Positions 56,483 through 64,000 of a stretch of DNA of 64,000 nt are shown here, piece after piece; the first letter of the stretch is position 1, and each line of letters starts with the position of its first letter. Under the pieces are notes generated by a model, which was not told where the DNA came from, ran no database searches, and saw only the letters and a list, made by a program, of their open reading frames with translations. The stretch covers positions 186,949 to 250,948 of the forward strand of contig JAUYAM010000002.1 in assembly GCA_030693425.1 (NCBI GenBank), written 5' to 3'. The position numbers were made by a program, and so were the translations under genes. Origin of the DNA: a bacterium (GTDB taxonomy: Bacteria; Patescibacteriota; Minisyncoccia; Minisyncoccales; GWA2-46-15).

Positions 56483-57424
56483 CTAGCTTCTTCTTCTCAA
56501 AAAAAACCTTATCGCCTTGAAACAAAACAAAGCCAAAACAATCAAAAGCGGCCAGAACAACCAGTCAACCTTGAGTACGGTTATCAGCAGGGAGATGCCG
56601 GCAACGAACAGATTGCTTCGGGTCAGCATATCTTCGGGAATTTTCATAAAAGGAAGGTTCTGATTCAGTAGCTTAATTTGCGGCTCAAGCCAAGCTTTTT
56701 CGCCAGCCGCCTGGCCGGTTTTCTGTTTTTGCTCAACCAAAATCCTGTCTAGTTCAACAATGGCTTTTTGCCTTTGTTTTTCCACGAAATTCAAAGTCTT
56801 GACCGTCGCTTCCTGGACCTGCTCGGGCAGAGCATTTTCCTTCTGCGCTAAATTCTTTTCTTGAACCAAAGGATCGGTTCCTTGATTTATTTCTTGGCCG
56901 TCAGATAAGCCGTCTTTGTCTGTGTCGAGCTCCCTGGGATCAGTTTTAAACAATAATTCTTGTTCGTCGGATAAACCGTCTTGGTCGCTGTCGTAGTCAA
57001 CGAATTTCCGATCGGGCAGGGAAACTTGCAAGCTCAGACTGACTGATTCTGCCGCCTTACCCGGCTCTGATTTTTTAACGTCAGAAAGCTTAACGGTAAA
57101 GCTGTGGTCGCCAAAACTGGCTTGCCAGTCAACCCATTTTTCCACCAAGCTGTTGTTCACAGCGGTAAAATCCGTTTCTCCGATCAGGTTTTGTTCGTCA
57201 AAAAAGCTAATTTTGCCTGTCAGATCATAACCCGAATGGTTCTGGAAAGCAGTGTAAATCCTGATTCTTTCTCCAACAAAAAAAGGATCTTTGGAATACC
57301 AAAGGCTGCTGGCAAAACCGGCATTTAGAGTCTGGCTAAAAGCAAAAAAACAAAAACCGAATAGAAACAATCCGGCAACAAAAAAAATTATTAACTTTAA
57401 GAGATTAAGTTTCATTTTCCTCAC
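56483..57424 (-). CDS. secreted/anchored protein with DxDxDG calcium-binding (thrombospondin type 3-like) repeats and a C-terminal TM
   Basis: Signal peptide. DYDSDQDGLSDEQE and DTDKDGLSDGQE. C-terminal hydrophobic anchor. Confidence 0.65.
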   Translation of the reverse strand: MRKMKLNLLKLIIFFVAGLFLFGFCFFAFSQTLNAGFASSLWYSKDPFFVGERIRIYTAFQNHSGYDLTGKISFFDEQNLIGETDFTAVNNSLVEKWVDWQASFGDHSFTVKLSDVKKSEPGKAAESVSLSLQVSLPDRKFVDYDSDQDGLSDEQELLFKTDPRELDTDKDGLSDGQEINQGTDPLVQEKNLAQKENALPEQVQEATVKTLNFVEKQRQKAIVELDRILVEQKQKTGQAAGEKAWLEPQIKLLNQNLPFMKIPEDMLTRSNLFVAGISLLITVLKVDWLFWPLLIVLALFCFKAIRFFLRRRS

Positions 57425-57452
57425 TCTACTGCTACGTAGCAGTAGAGTGACA
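57425..57452. repeat. 28-nt perfect palindrome CACTCTACTGCTACGTAGCAGTAGAGTG
   Basis: Read directly from the sequence. The core CTGCTACGTAGCAG also occurs at 39080-39095. Confidence 0.8.
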
Positions 57453-57515
57453 ATGCGAAACGATATTAAAGATCGTCTTTTTCCCGACTGGCCCGTGAGA
57501 AAAATCTTGTTAAAC

Positions 57516-58259
57516 TCATTCTTTCAAACCCGCAGAAATGATTTTTTTCACCTGCTTTAAATTCAATGACGCCTGGCCGACAACAACGCCCTCTACCCCG
57601 CCCCGACTCAAGTAATCCTTTATATTACTGCCGTCTACGCTGCCGCCATAAAGAATTTCCGGCATAAAAGGAAACTTTTGCCTGAGAAAGCGGCGGATAA
57701 AGCCAGTTTTTTCTTTGACTCTCCGAGAGCTCAAGACCTTATTGCCCTGGGTGCTGACGGCAAAAGCCGGCTCGTAAACAAATAAAATCCGCGATAAAAA
57801 CTTTTTCTCCACCCCGGCCAAAAGCTTCCCTAGCTGGCTGACAATTTCCTTTTTTGCCGCAGCCTGGGACATTTGTTTTAATTCGCCAAAGAACAAAATA
57901 GGGCATAATCCCACGTCCAGCACAGCTTTAAGTTTTTTATTAATAGTTCTTTCGGTTTCGCCGAAAATCCGTTTTCTTTCAGAATGGCCTAAAAGGACAT
58001 AATCGCAGTCAAGGTTTTTAATCATCAGAGGCGAAACCTCGCCCGTAAAAGGTCCTTCTTGTTCCCAAAAGCAATCCTGGGCGCAAGTTTTAATCCCTTT
58101 TTCTTTGGCCAGCTTCTCCAAATAAACAAAGGGGGTAGCCACAAAAACATCGTACTTTTTCAAAAACTTCGGCTTGGATTTAATAACAGTCAAAAGGTTC
58201 TTGGCTTCCTGCCAATCGGACGGGTTGCACTTCCAGTTAAAAATAATGTATTTTTTCAT
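57516..58259 (-). CDS. tpiA: triosephosphate isomerase
   Basis: NWKCN, GHSERR, YEPAFA and YGGSV motifs. Confidence 0.88.
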   Translation of the reverse strand: MKKYIIFNWKCNPSDWQEAKNLLTVIKSKPKFLKKYDVFVATPFVYLEKLAKEKGIKTCAQDCFWEQEGPFTGEVSPLMIKNLDCDYVLLGHSERKRIFGETERTINKKLKAVLDVGLCPILFFGELKQMSQAAAKKEIVSQLGKLLAGVEKKFLSRILFVYEPAFAVSTQGNKVLSSRRVKEKTGFIRRFLRQKFPFMPEILYGGSVDGSNIKDYLSRGGVEGVVVGQASLNLKQVKKIISAGLKE

Positions 58260-58270
58260 TTTTTGTCTCG

Positions 58271-58306
58271 CATACTAAATACAAAATGCTAAATACTAGA
58301 TACAAA
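58271..58306. repeat. AT-rich family A repeat, copy 7
   Basis: CATACTAAATACAAAATGCTAAATACTAGATACAAAAG. Confidence 0.65.
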
Positions 58307-58735
58307 AGCGACTATTAGCCCGCTAATCATTGCCCCCAAGACCACCAAAATAGCCCCTCTTTTCTTGGGTACATCTAACAGCATGGCGGCAATCGCTCCT
58401 GTCCAGCCGCCAACAAATGGTATGGGAAGAGCCGTCAGTACTAATACCGTCAAATCGCTGCCTATTTTCCCTAGCAAGACAGATGCCTTTTTCCCGACGG
58501 CGTTAAAAAGCCAATCAAAAAACTTTTGAAAACTCGGGTGCATTCTTGATAAAAACTTGGCGATGGGCCTGCCGAAAATAACAATGCCTAACAAGGGCAC
58601 CAGATTCCCAGCTACCGACAAAATATACGCTTCCCATAGAGACAAGCCGTAAACCTTTAAAGCCAGAGGAATGGCGCCCCGCAATTCCACTATCGGCGAC
58701 ATCGCCACAAGGAATACCTTGATTTCAGGAATCAT
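58289..58735 (-). CDS. small multi-TM membrane protein (COG2426-like small multidrug-export family candidate)
   Basis: 148 aa with 4 TM helices. Confidence 0.5.
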   Translation of the reverse strand: MIPEIKVFLVAMSPIVELRGAIPLALKVYGLSLWEAYILSVAGNLVPLLGIVIFGRPIAKFLSRMHPSFQKFFDWLFNAVGKKASVLLGKIGSDLTVLVLTALPIPFVGGWTGAIAAMLLDVPKKRGAILVVLGAMISGLIVAFVSSI

Positions 58736-59805
58736 TGTTTTCTTAAATACTCCGCCGCTTTTTCCGGCTCAATTGTTGATATCTCAATCCTGGTACCGAT
58801 CTCAAAGCCGGCAGAAATATTGGTTTTCGGTAAAATAGTCCAGTGCCAATGGTAATAGCTATAATCCTTGCCGTCGCAAGGCGCGGTGTGCAGATAAAAA
58901 TTATAAGCCGGATTGCCCAAACCGTAATAAAGCTTAGCGAGCGCTTTTTTGAATGCCTCGGCCAAATGCTCCTTCTGCGATTCTTTTGCCTCTTCAAATT
59001 GCGAAGAATGTTTTTTCGGAGAAATGATCATTTCAAAGGCGGTTTTTGAAGCAAACGGGCAAAGAACAACAAACTCTTCATTTTCAAAGACAATCCTTTT
59101 CCTTGTTTTCAATTCCCAAGCTGTCATCTCGCAGTAAAGGCATTTATTATGCTTTTTGAAAAACCGCTCTGAATTCACCAGGGCCTGAATCAAATCAACG
59201 TCCAACAAAGGCGTAGTGATTAATTGCGAATGAGGATGCGGCTGGCTGGCTCCCGCTTCTTTGCCGTGATTATGAAAAATGGAAACATAGCTGACAAAAT
59301 CCTCTCTTTTCAATTCAGAAAACCTTTCCTGATAAGCGTCAATTACCTCCTTAATATGGCTTTCTGGCAACAAAGCCAATGATTTCTCATGATCAGCGGT
59401 GATGATCAACTCGTGATAGCCAACCGCATTCAAACGCTGATAAAGCCCGCCTTCAATTGTTTCGTCTAAATGAGGATGCGGCAAAAACGCCGGGTATTTG
59501 TTGGGAATTATTATCGTTGTCCAATTCTTATACGGCTTTGCCATTGGCCATTCTTCCAAAACGCTGATCCCCTTCCCCTTGTAATAAACAGCCACCGGCC
59601 TTTCCTGGGTTCCAATCTGGCAAAAAGGGCAATCCTTTTCCGACATTTTCGCCTCCGCCTTTTTTTCTCCCTTGAACATTTCCGGCCGTTTTGCCCGGCC
59701 CGTAGCAATCACTACCCAATCCCGAGAAGCCAAATCAAAACGAAGCTCGGATGGAAACTTTTGTTTATTAGCGTTAACTCCCGATTGTTCTTTCGAAAAC
59801 GGCAT
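58732..59805 (-). CDS. galT: galactose-1-phosphate uridylyltransferase
   Basis: CPFC zinc motif and the HPHSQ active-site HxH. Confidence 0.85.
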   Translation of the reverse strand: MPFSKEQSGVNANKQKFPSELRFDLASRDWVVIATGRAKRPEMFKGEKKAEAKMSEKDCPFCQIGTQERPVAVYYKGKGISVLEEWPMAKPYKNWTTIIIPNKYPAFLPHPHLDETIEGGLYQRLNAVGYHELIITADHEKSLALLPESHIKEVIDAYQERFSELKREDFVSYVSIFHNHGKEAGASQPHPHSQLITTPLLDVDLIQALVNSERFFKKHNKCLYCEMTAWELKTRKRIVFENEEFVVLCPFASKTAFEMIISPKKHSSQFEEAKESQKEHLAEAFKKALAKLYYGLGNPAYNFYLHTAPCDGKDYSYYHWHWTILPKTNISAGFEIGTRIEISTIEPEKAAEYLRKQ

Positions 59806-59824
59806 AGCTTTAAGCTTTACGTTT

Positions 59825-60565
59825 TTAGTATCTGCCCCTTATCATGTTCCATCTAATCTGCAACACTTCTAACAGCATCCTGACCATGCCCTTGAATTTC
59901 ACCTTGCTCTCCGGATCATTGGCCCAGCGCACCGGAGTCTGGCCGATCTTATATCCCATTTTTTTGGCGAGAACCAAAATCTCCGGGTCAAACGCCCAAC
60001 GGTCAATTCGACACTTAGGCAGGATTTTTTGGCAAGCGCTGGCGGACATGATTTTAAAACCGCATTGGGTATCCCAAATACCCCAAAGCCCCAAAATTGC
60101 TTGAACAATCAAATTAAATATATTTCCCAGCATTACCCGGTAAAACGGCTGGGGCGGCTCAATTATCGCTCCCTTAATATCCCTCGAGCCGATCACTATT
60201 TCAATGCCTTTTTCCAATTCAGGCCACATTTTTTCAATTTCGCTGATGGCAGTAGAGTTGTCAGCGTCCGTAAAAAGCCGATAATCCCCCCCTGCCCCCA
60301 ATAATCCCTGCCTGACGACATAGCCCTTGCCATGATTTTCTTTATTATCAATCAACCGCAAATTTTGAATTACAGAGGCCAGGCCCCTGACAACTGCGGC
60401 TGTGCCGTCTTTTGAGCCATCACTGACAACAATGATTTCATAATCAAAAGTCTGCCGCTTTAGATAAACGTCAATTTCCCCCAAAGTCTTGGGTAATCGC
60501 CTTTCCTCATTGTAAGCCGGAATTATGACTGAAAGTTTCATCAATTTAATTTTACCACACTCCAA
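59825..60565 (-). CDS. family 2 glycosyltransferase (dolichyl-phosphate mannosyltransferase-like)
   Basis: SVIIPAYNEE, DGSKDGT and a DAD motif. Confidence 0.85.
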   Translation of the reverse strand: MECGKIKLMKLSVIIPAYNEERRLPKTLGEIDVYLKRQTFDYEIIVVSDGSKDGTAAVVRGLASVIQNLRLIDNKENHGKGYVVRQGLLGAGGDYRLFTDADNSTAISEIEKMWPELEKGIEIVIGSRDIKGAIIEPPQPFYRVMLGNIFNLIVQAILGLWGIWDTQCGFKIMSASACQKILPKCRIDRWAFDPEILVLAKKMGYKIGQTPVRWANDPESKVKFKGMVRMLLEVLQIRWNMIRGRY

Positions 60566-60600
60566 AGAAAACGAAAAACACTCCCGAAGGAGTGTTTTTA
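60566..60600 (-). terminator. Rho-independent terminator (AAACACTCC-CGAA-GGAGTGTTT) ending the secY–adk–map transcription unit
   Basis: 9-bp stem. T-rich on the minus-strand side. Confidence 0.6.
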
Positions 60601-60632
60601 CTTACGTGGGCCGACGCGCTGGCCGGCCGTTG

Positions 60633-60887
60633 TTATCGCTGCTGAACGATTTTGATCGGCGTGTCCTCCCAAACCAGCAGTTCTATTGAGTCCTTTTGGT
60701 CCATGGCCAACACGAGTATACAGATTATCCCCCTTAGCGATGAGCGCTTAACCTGAATAACCCTCATCGGCTCTGTCAAATGAACTCCCTGAGGGGGGAC
60801 GCCCTTGTCAACAATGACTGTTTTCCCCCTAAGGCTTCTGGCTTTTGAAAAGTCGTGGAAGGTCGAAAAACCCTCTGGAACAGCCAT
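60633..60887 (-). CDS. hypothetical small protein downstream of map
   Basis: 84-aa ORF followed by a terminator. No family recognised. Confidence 0.4.
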   Translation of the reverse strand: MAVPEGFSTFHDFSKARSLRGKTVIVDKGVPPQGVHLTEPMRVIQVKRSSLRGIICILVLAMDQKDSIELLVWEDTPIKIVQQR

Positions 60888-60950
60888 TTCTTCCTCCTTC
60901 TTGAAAGTGGGATATGAAAAATTGAAATTTGCCTTTAATAAACCACGATT

Positions 60951-61763
60951 TTACAACCTGGTCAAGACCTCAAGCCCTTTGACGGTCAAGGCTACCGTGT
61001 CCTCAAAATGGCAGGATAAACTGCCGTCTTTAGTCTCGTAGCCAAAGCTGTCTGAAGATTTTTTCAGTTTCCAGTGTCCTGCCGCCACCATCGGCTCGAC
61101 GCAAAAAACCATGCCCTCTTTTAAAATAACTTCTTCGTCTCCGCCATAGTCCTCGCCGACAAAGTTCAGGATCTGGGGCTCTTCGTGTAATTCCCGGCCT
61201 ATACCATGGCCGCAAAGCTCTCTGATAACATTAAAACCCCTATTCCCAAGCTTCGCTTGGGACGGGTCGTCGGTCCCTTGGACCGAATAGACTTGAGATT
61301 CAACATATTGCTGGATTGCCCGGCTGATGTCTTCTAGCTTAATTCCCGGCTTTGCCGTTTTTTTGGCAATTTCCAGCGCCTTTTTGGTGACAACGATCAG
61401 TTTTTCCGCCAAAGGGCTGGCTTTGCCTACGGCAAATGTTCTCGCCATGTCGGTATGAAGCCCCTTGTATAAAATCCCGAGGTCTAAAGAAACCAGATCG
61501 CCCTGTTTGATAATCCTGGAGCCGGGCAAGGCATGGACAACCTGCTCGTTTATAGAAACGCAAAGGCTGGCGGGAAAACCGTCATAGTCCTTGAAAGAAG
61601 GTTTTCCTCCAAACTCAAAAATCAGGCCCTCGGCGAGCCTGTTTAACTCTTTGGTGGCGATTCCGGGCCCTATCGCTTTTTCCAGCTCTGCCATTATTTT
61701 AGCCAGGATCTTACCGCCTTCAGCCATTATCTTAATTTCCTCTGAAGTTTTAATTAAAATCAT
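60951..61763 (-). CDS. map: methionine aminopeptidase (type I)
   Basis: Pita-bread-fold metal ligands (D...D...H...E...E). 270 aa. Confidence 0.92.
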   Translation of the reverse strand: MILIKTSEEIKIMAEGGKILAKIMAELEKAIGPGIATKELNRLAEGLIFEFGGKPSFKDYDGFPASLCVSINEQVVHALPGSRIIKQGDLVSLDLGILYKGLHTDMARTFAVGKASPLAEKLIVVTKKALEIAKKTAKPGIKLEDISRAIQQYVESQVYSVQGTDDPSQAKLGNRGFNVIRELCGHGIGRELHEEPQILNFVGEDYGGDEEVILKEGMVFCVEPMVAAGHWKLKKSSDSFGYETKDGSLSCHFEDTVALTVKGLEVLTRL

Positions 61764-61791
61764 AAGCTCAAGATAAAGGAGGTCGGACCTC

Positions 61792-62502
61792 CTACGCTTT
61801 TTCGCCTAGAACCTTTAGAATGTTTTTAAAAACAATGGCCGGCGCCGGAGAGCCGTTGATTCTTTTGACGGAAATCCCTTGTTTTTTGAAATAACCAACC
61901 ATAGGCAAAGTCGTATTTTTATAAACCTCGAGGCGAGCCCTGATGGTTTTTGGATCGTCCAATTTCTTTCTTTTCAATAATTTTGAGCCATCAAGCGGGC
62001 AGCGCTTCAATTTAAGCGTTTCTTTTGAATAAAGGATCGGGTGGCGCATAAGCTCGCAGATTTTCCGGTGAGAGTTGCGGAAAATGCTTTCCTTGGCAGA
62101 AACCTCAAGCAGAATAACTTTGATATTTTTGGCGCCGTAAAGCTTTTTTAAGAAAGGCAGCAAATCTTTTGCCTGGTCAACCGATCGGGGGCTGCCCGCC
62201 AAAAGCAAGCTCTCGCCTTTGGCAAAAAACTCGGAAATCTTTTCTCTCATCAGAAAATTAGTGAAGGGGTCGCTGTTTAAAAGTCCTGTTTGCCATCTTT
62301 TTTTCTCGTCACTGAGAAAATATTTCTTGCCGCCAACAACCGTAAACTCTCCCTTTCGGGCATTCATTATTCTCGCCTCAAGCACTTTGCTCGTTTCCAG
62401 ATAATACAAATTGAGCTTGTCCGATAAAAGACTGGCCTGGGTGCCTTTGCCGCTTCCGGGCGGCCCCATGACTATCACCACCCGCTTTACATTTTTTGTC
62501 AT
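61792..62502 (-). CDS. adk: adenylate kinase (with a Cys/His lid)
   Basis: P-loop GPPGSGKGTQ and a lid with C...H...C...D. Confidence 0.9.
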   Translation of the reverse strand: MTKNVKRVVIVMGPPGSGKGTQASLLSDKLNLYYLETSKVLEARIMNARKGEFTVVGGKKYFLSDEKKRWQTGLLNSDPFTNFLMREKISEFFAKGESLLLAGSPRSVDQAKDLLPFLKKLYGAKNIKVILLEVSAKESIFRNSHRKICELMRHPILYSKETLKLKRCPLDGSKLLKRKKLDDPKTIRARLEVYKNTTLPMVGYFKKQGISVKRINGSPAPAIVFKNILKVLGEKA

Positions 62503-62545
62503 TTTACTTTGATTTCAATTTTTATTCTTAAAATGAGGGTGTTTT

Positions 62546-62626
62546 GTCTTTGTATTTTGTATCTTGTATTTCGTATTTTGTATTTACAGCCGATACTAAA
62601 TACTAGATACTAAATACCAAATACTG
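62546..62626. repeat. AT-rich family A hairpin repeat, copy 8, filling the secY–adk spacer
   Basis: (GTATTTY/GTATCTT)n, loop ACAGCCG, then ATACTAAATACTAGATACTAAATACCAAATACTGG. Confidence 0.75.
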
Positions 62627-62627
62627 G

Positions 62628-63905
62628 TTAGAAGGTGTCGTACTCTCTCATCTCCAGCTGGGAGTTGACGGCGCGGATCGTCTCCAGAACGACCGAGACG
62701 ACGATCAAAAGTGAGGTGCCGCCGACCAAAAATTGGAACGCCTGGACTCCGGTTATCCCTTGGACGATTGAAGGCATGACCGCGATTAAGCCCAAAAAGA
62801 ACGCTCCCACGACCAGCACCCGGTTTAAAATCATAGAAATAAAAGTGGCGGTAGAGGCGCCCGGTCTGATCCCGGGAACAAAACCGCCCATTTTCTGTAA
62901 ATTGTTGGCAATACTCTTTGGATCAAAGGTGACCATCGTATAGAAAAAAGTGAAGACGAAAACCAGGACAAAATAGAGGATGCCGTAAACCACTTGGTTC
63001 TGAAAAAAAACTCCCATTTGCTTGAAAAAGCTGCCGACCGGGCCGGCCAGGCCGCCGAAAAAATTGGCCAGCATCGTCGGGAATAGCAGGAAAGATATGG
63101 CAAAGATAATCGGAATGACGCCGGCCGGATTAATATTTAAAGGCAGATAGGTGGAGACTCCGCCGTAGAGCTTGGTGCCTCTGACTCTTTTAGCGTAGGA
63201 AACCGGAATATTCCTTCGAGCTTCAGTGATCAAAACGACTCCGCCGATGATCGCCAGAGAAGAAACGAAGAAAAGAATGTAGGAGAAAAGCCGAGTCGGA
63301 TCGTAAGTGGCGGCCATCTGGCGAATGTTGTTTGGGAACTCGGCGATAATGCCGGCAAAAATCAGCAGGGAAACGCCGTTGCCAATCTTCTTTTCGGAAA
63401 TCAGCTCGCCCAACCAGACCAGCATCATCGTACCGGCGCTGATCGTCAAAAGCGAAGTCAAAAGAGCCAAGGGCTCAAGCTTGCCGACAATCCCCTGCTG
63501 ATGGAATATTGAAAGCATGGCATAGCCCTGAAGCACGGCCAGGGGAATGGTCAGAATCCTGCCGTACTGATTGAATTTCTGGCGGCCCCTTTCCCCTTCT
63601 TCCTTGTAAAGCTTTTCTAAGGCCGGAAAGATCATCGTCAGAAGCTGGAGGATGATGGTGCCGGTGATGTAGGGTCCCAAGCCGAGCATGACGATCGACA
63701 GGTTGTCTAAAGCGCCTCCGGAAAAGATATTCAAAAGCCCGAAGAACTGGTTGCCCTCGAAAAACTGGCGGAGCTTTTCCGCTTCAATGCCCGGAATCGG
63801 GATATTGGCCATAATCCTAAAAATGGCGAAAATGCCCAAGACAAAAAGGACCTTATTGCGAAGCTCGGGCACCTTGAATATTTGCAAAACCTTTCTGTAC
63901 CACAT
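62628..63905 (-). CDS. secY: preprotein translocase subunit SecY
   Basis: 10-TM SecY. 425 aa. Confidence 0.93.
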   Translation of the reverse strand: MWYRKVLQIFKVPELRNKVLFVLGIFAIFRIMANIPIPGIEAEKLRQFFEGNQFFGLLNIFSGGALDNLSIVMLGLGPYITGTIILQLLTMIFPALEKLYKEEGERGRQKFNQYGRILTIPLAVLQGYAMLSIFHQQGIVGKLEPLALLTSLLTISAGTMMLVWLGELISEKKIGNGVSLLIFAGIIAEFPNNIRQMAATYDPTRLFSYILFFVSSLAIIGGVVLITEARRNIPVSYAKRVRGTKLYGGVSTYLPLNINPAGVIPIIFAISFLLFPTMLANFFGGLAGPVGSFFKQMGVFFQNQVVYGILYFVLVFVFTFFYTMVTFDPKSIANNLQKMGGFVPGIRPGASTATFISMILNRVLVVGAFFLGLIAVMPSIVQGITGVQAFQFLVGGTSLLIVVSVVLETIRAVNSQLEMREYDTF

Positions 63906-63913
63906 AAAAGCTT

Positions 63914-64000
63914 TTACTTAGTTTCAATGCTGCCTCCGGCTTTCTTGATTTTTTCTTGGGCAGACCTGGAAAACCGAAAACCTTCAAAATTCAAAGTTCT
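63914..64000 (-). CDS. rplO: 50S ribosomal protein L15 (3' end only; 5' beyond the window)
   Basis: C-terminal ...AQEKIKKAGGSIETK. Conserved position upstream of secY. Confidence 0.75.
   Translation of the reverse strand, partial: RTLNFEGFRFSRSAQEKIKKAGGSIETK

Overview
Low-GC bacterial chromosomal window dominated by conserved translation, replication and nucleotide-metabolism genes; lysine-rich tails on several core proteins suggest a small-genome, Patescibacteria/CPR-like lineage. Syntenic operons: rpsP–KH–trmD; secE–nusG–rplK; infA–rpmJ–rpsM–rpsK–rpsD–rpoA–rplQ with rplM–rpsI; rplO–secY–adk–map; pheST; gatCA–asnS–gatB; dCMP deaminase–thyA with folA–tmk. Four tRNA genes are present, three of them with anticodon CAT. 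The unusual content is a dense layer of short repeats and palindromes that has invaded even essential genes: (1) an AT-rich GTATYT-unit hairpin repeat in at least eight intercistronic spacers and in-frame inside rnhB and the mnmA 5' end; (2) GC-rich palindromic mini-inserts in-frame in trmD and gatB; (3) 110–160-nt MITE-like elements with GC-rich terminal inverted repeats in conserved operon spacers, one carrying a GIY-YIG nuclease gene remnant next to a standalone Cas4-like nuclease; (4) two repeat-dense noncoding islands built from perfect palindromes (TACGATCGTA core, CCCGAGGTCNGACCTCGGG, GCTATAGCAATGATAAGGCG). Other notable items: a NusB–NUDIX fusion, RpoA without an alpha-CTD, two divergent initiator-like tRNA-Met genes, a membrane-anchored HEPN-like protein abutting the tRNA cluster, and a secreted DUF5667–Kazal protein. 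All calls are from reading the sequence and ORF translations; no database search was run.
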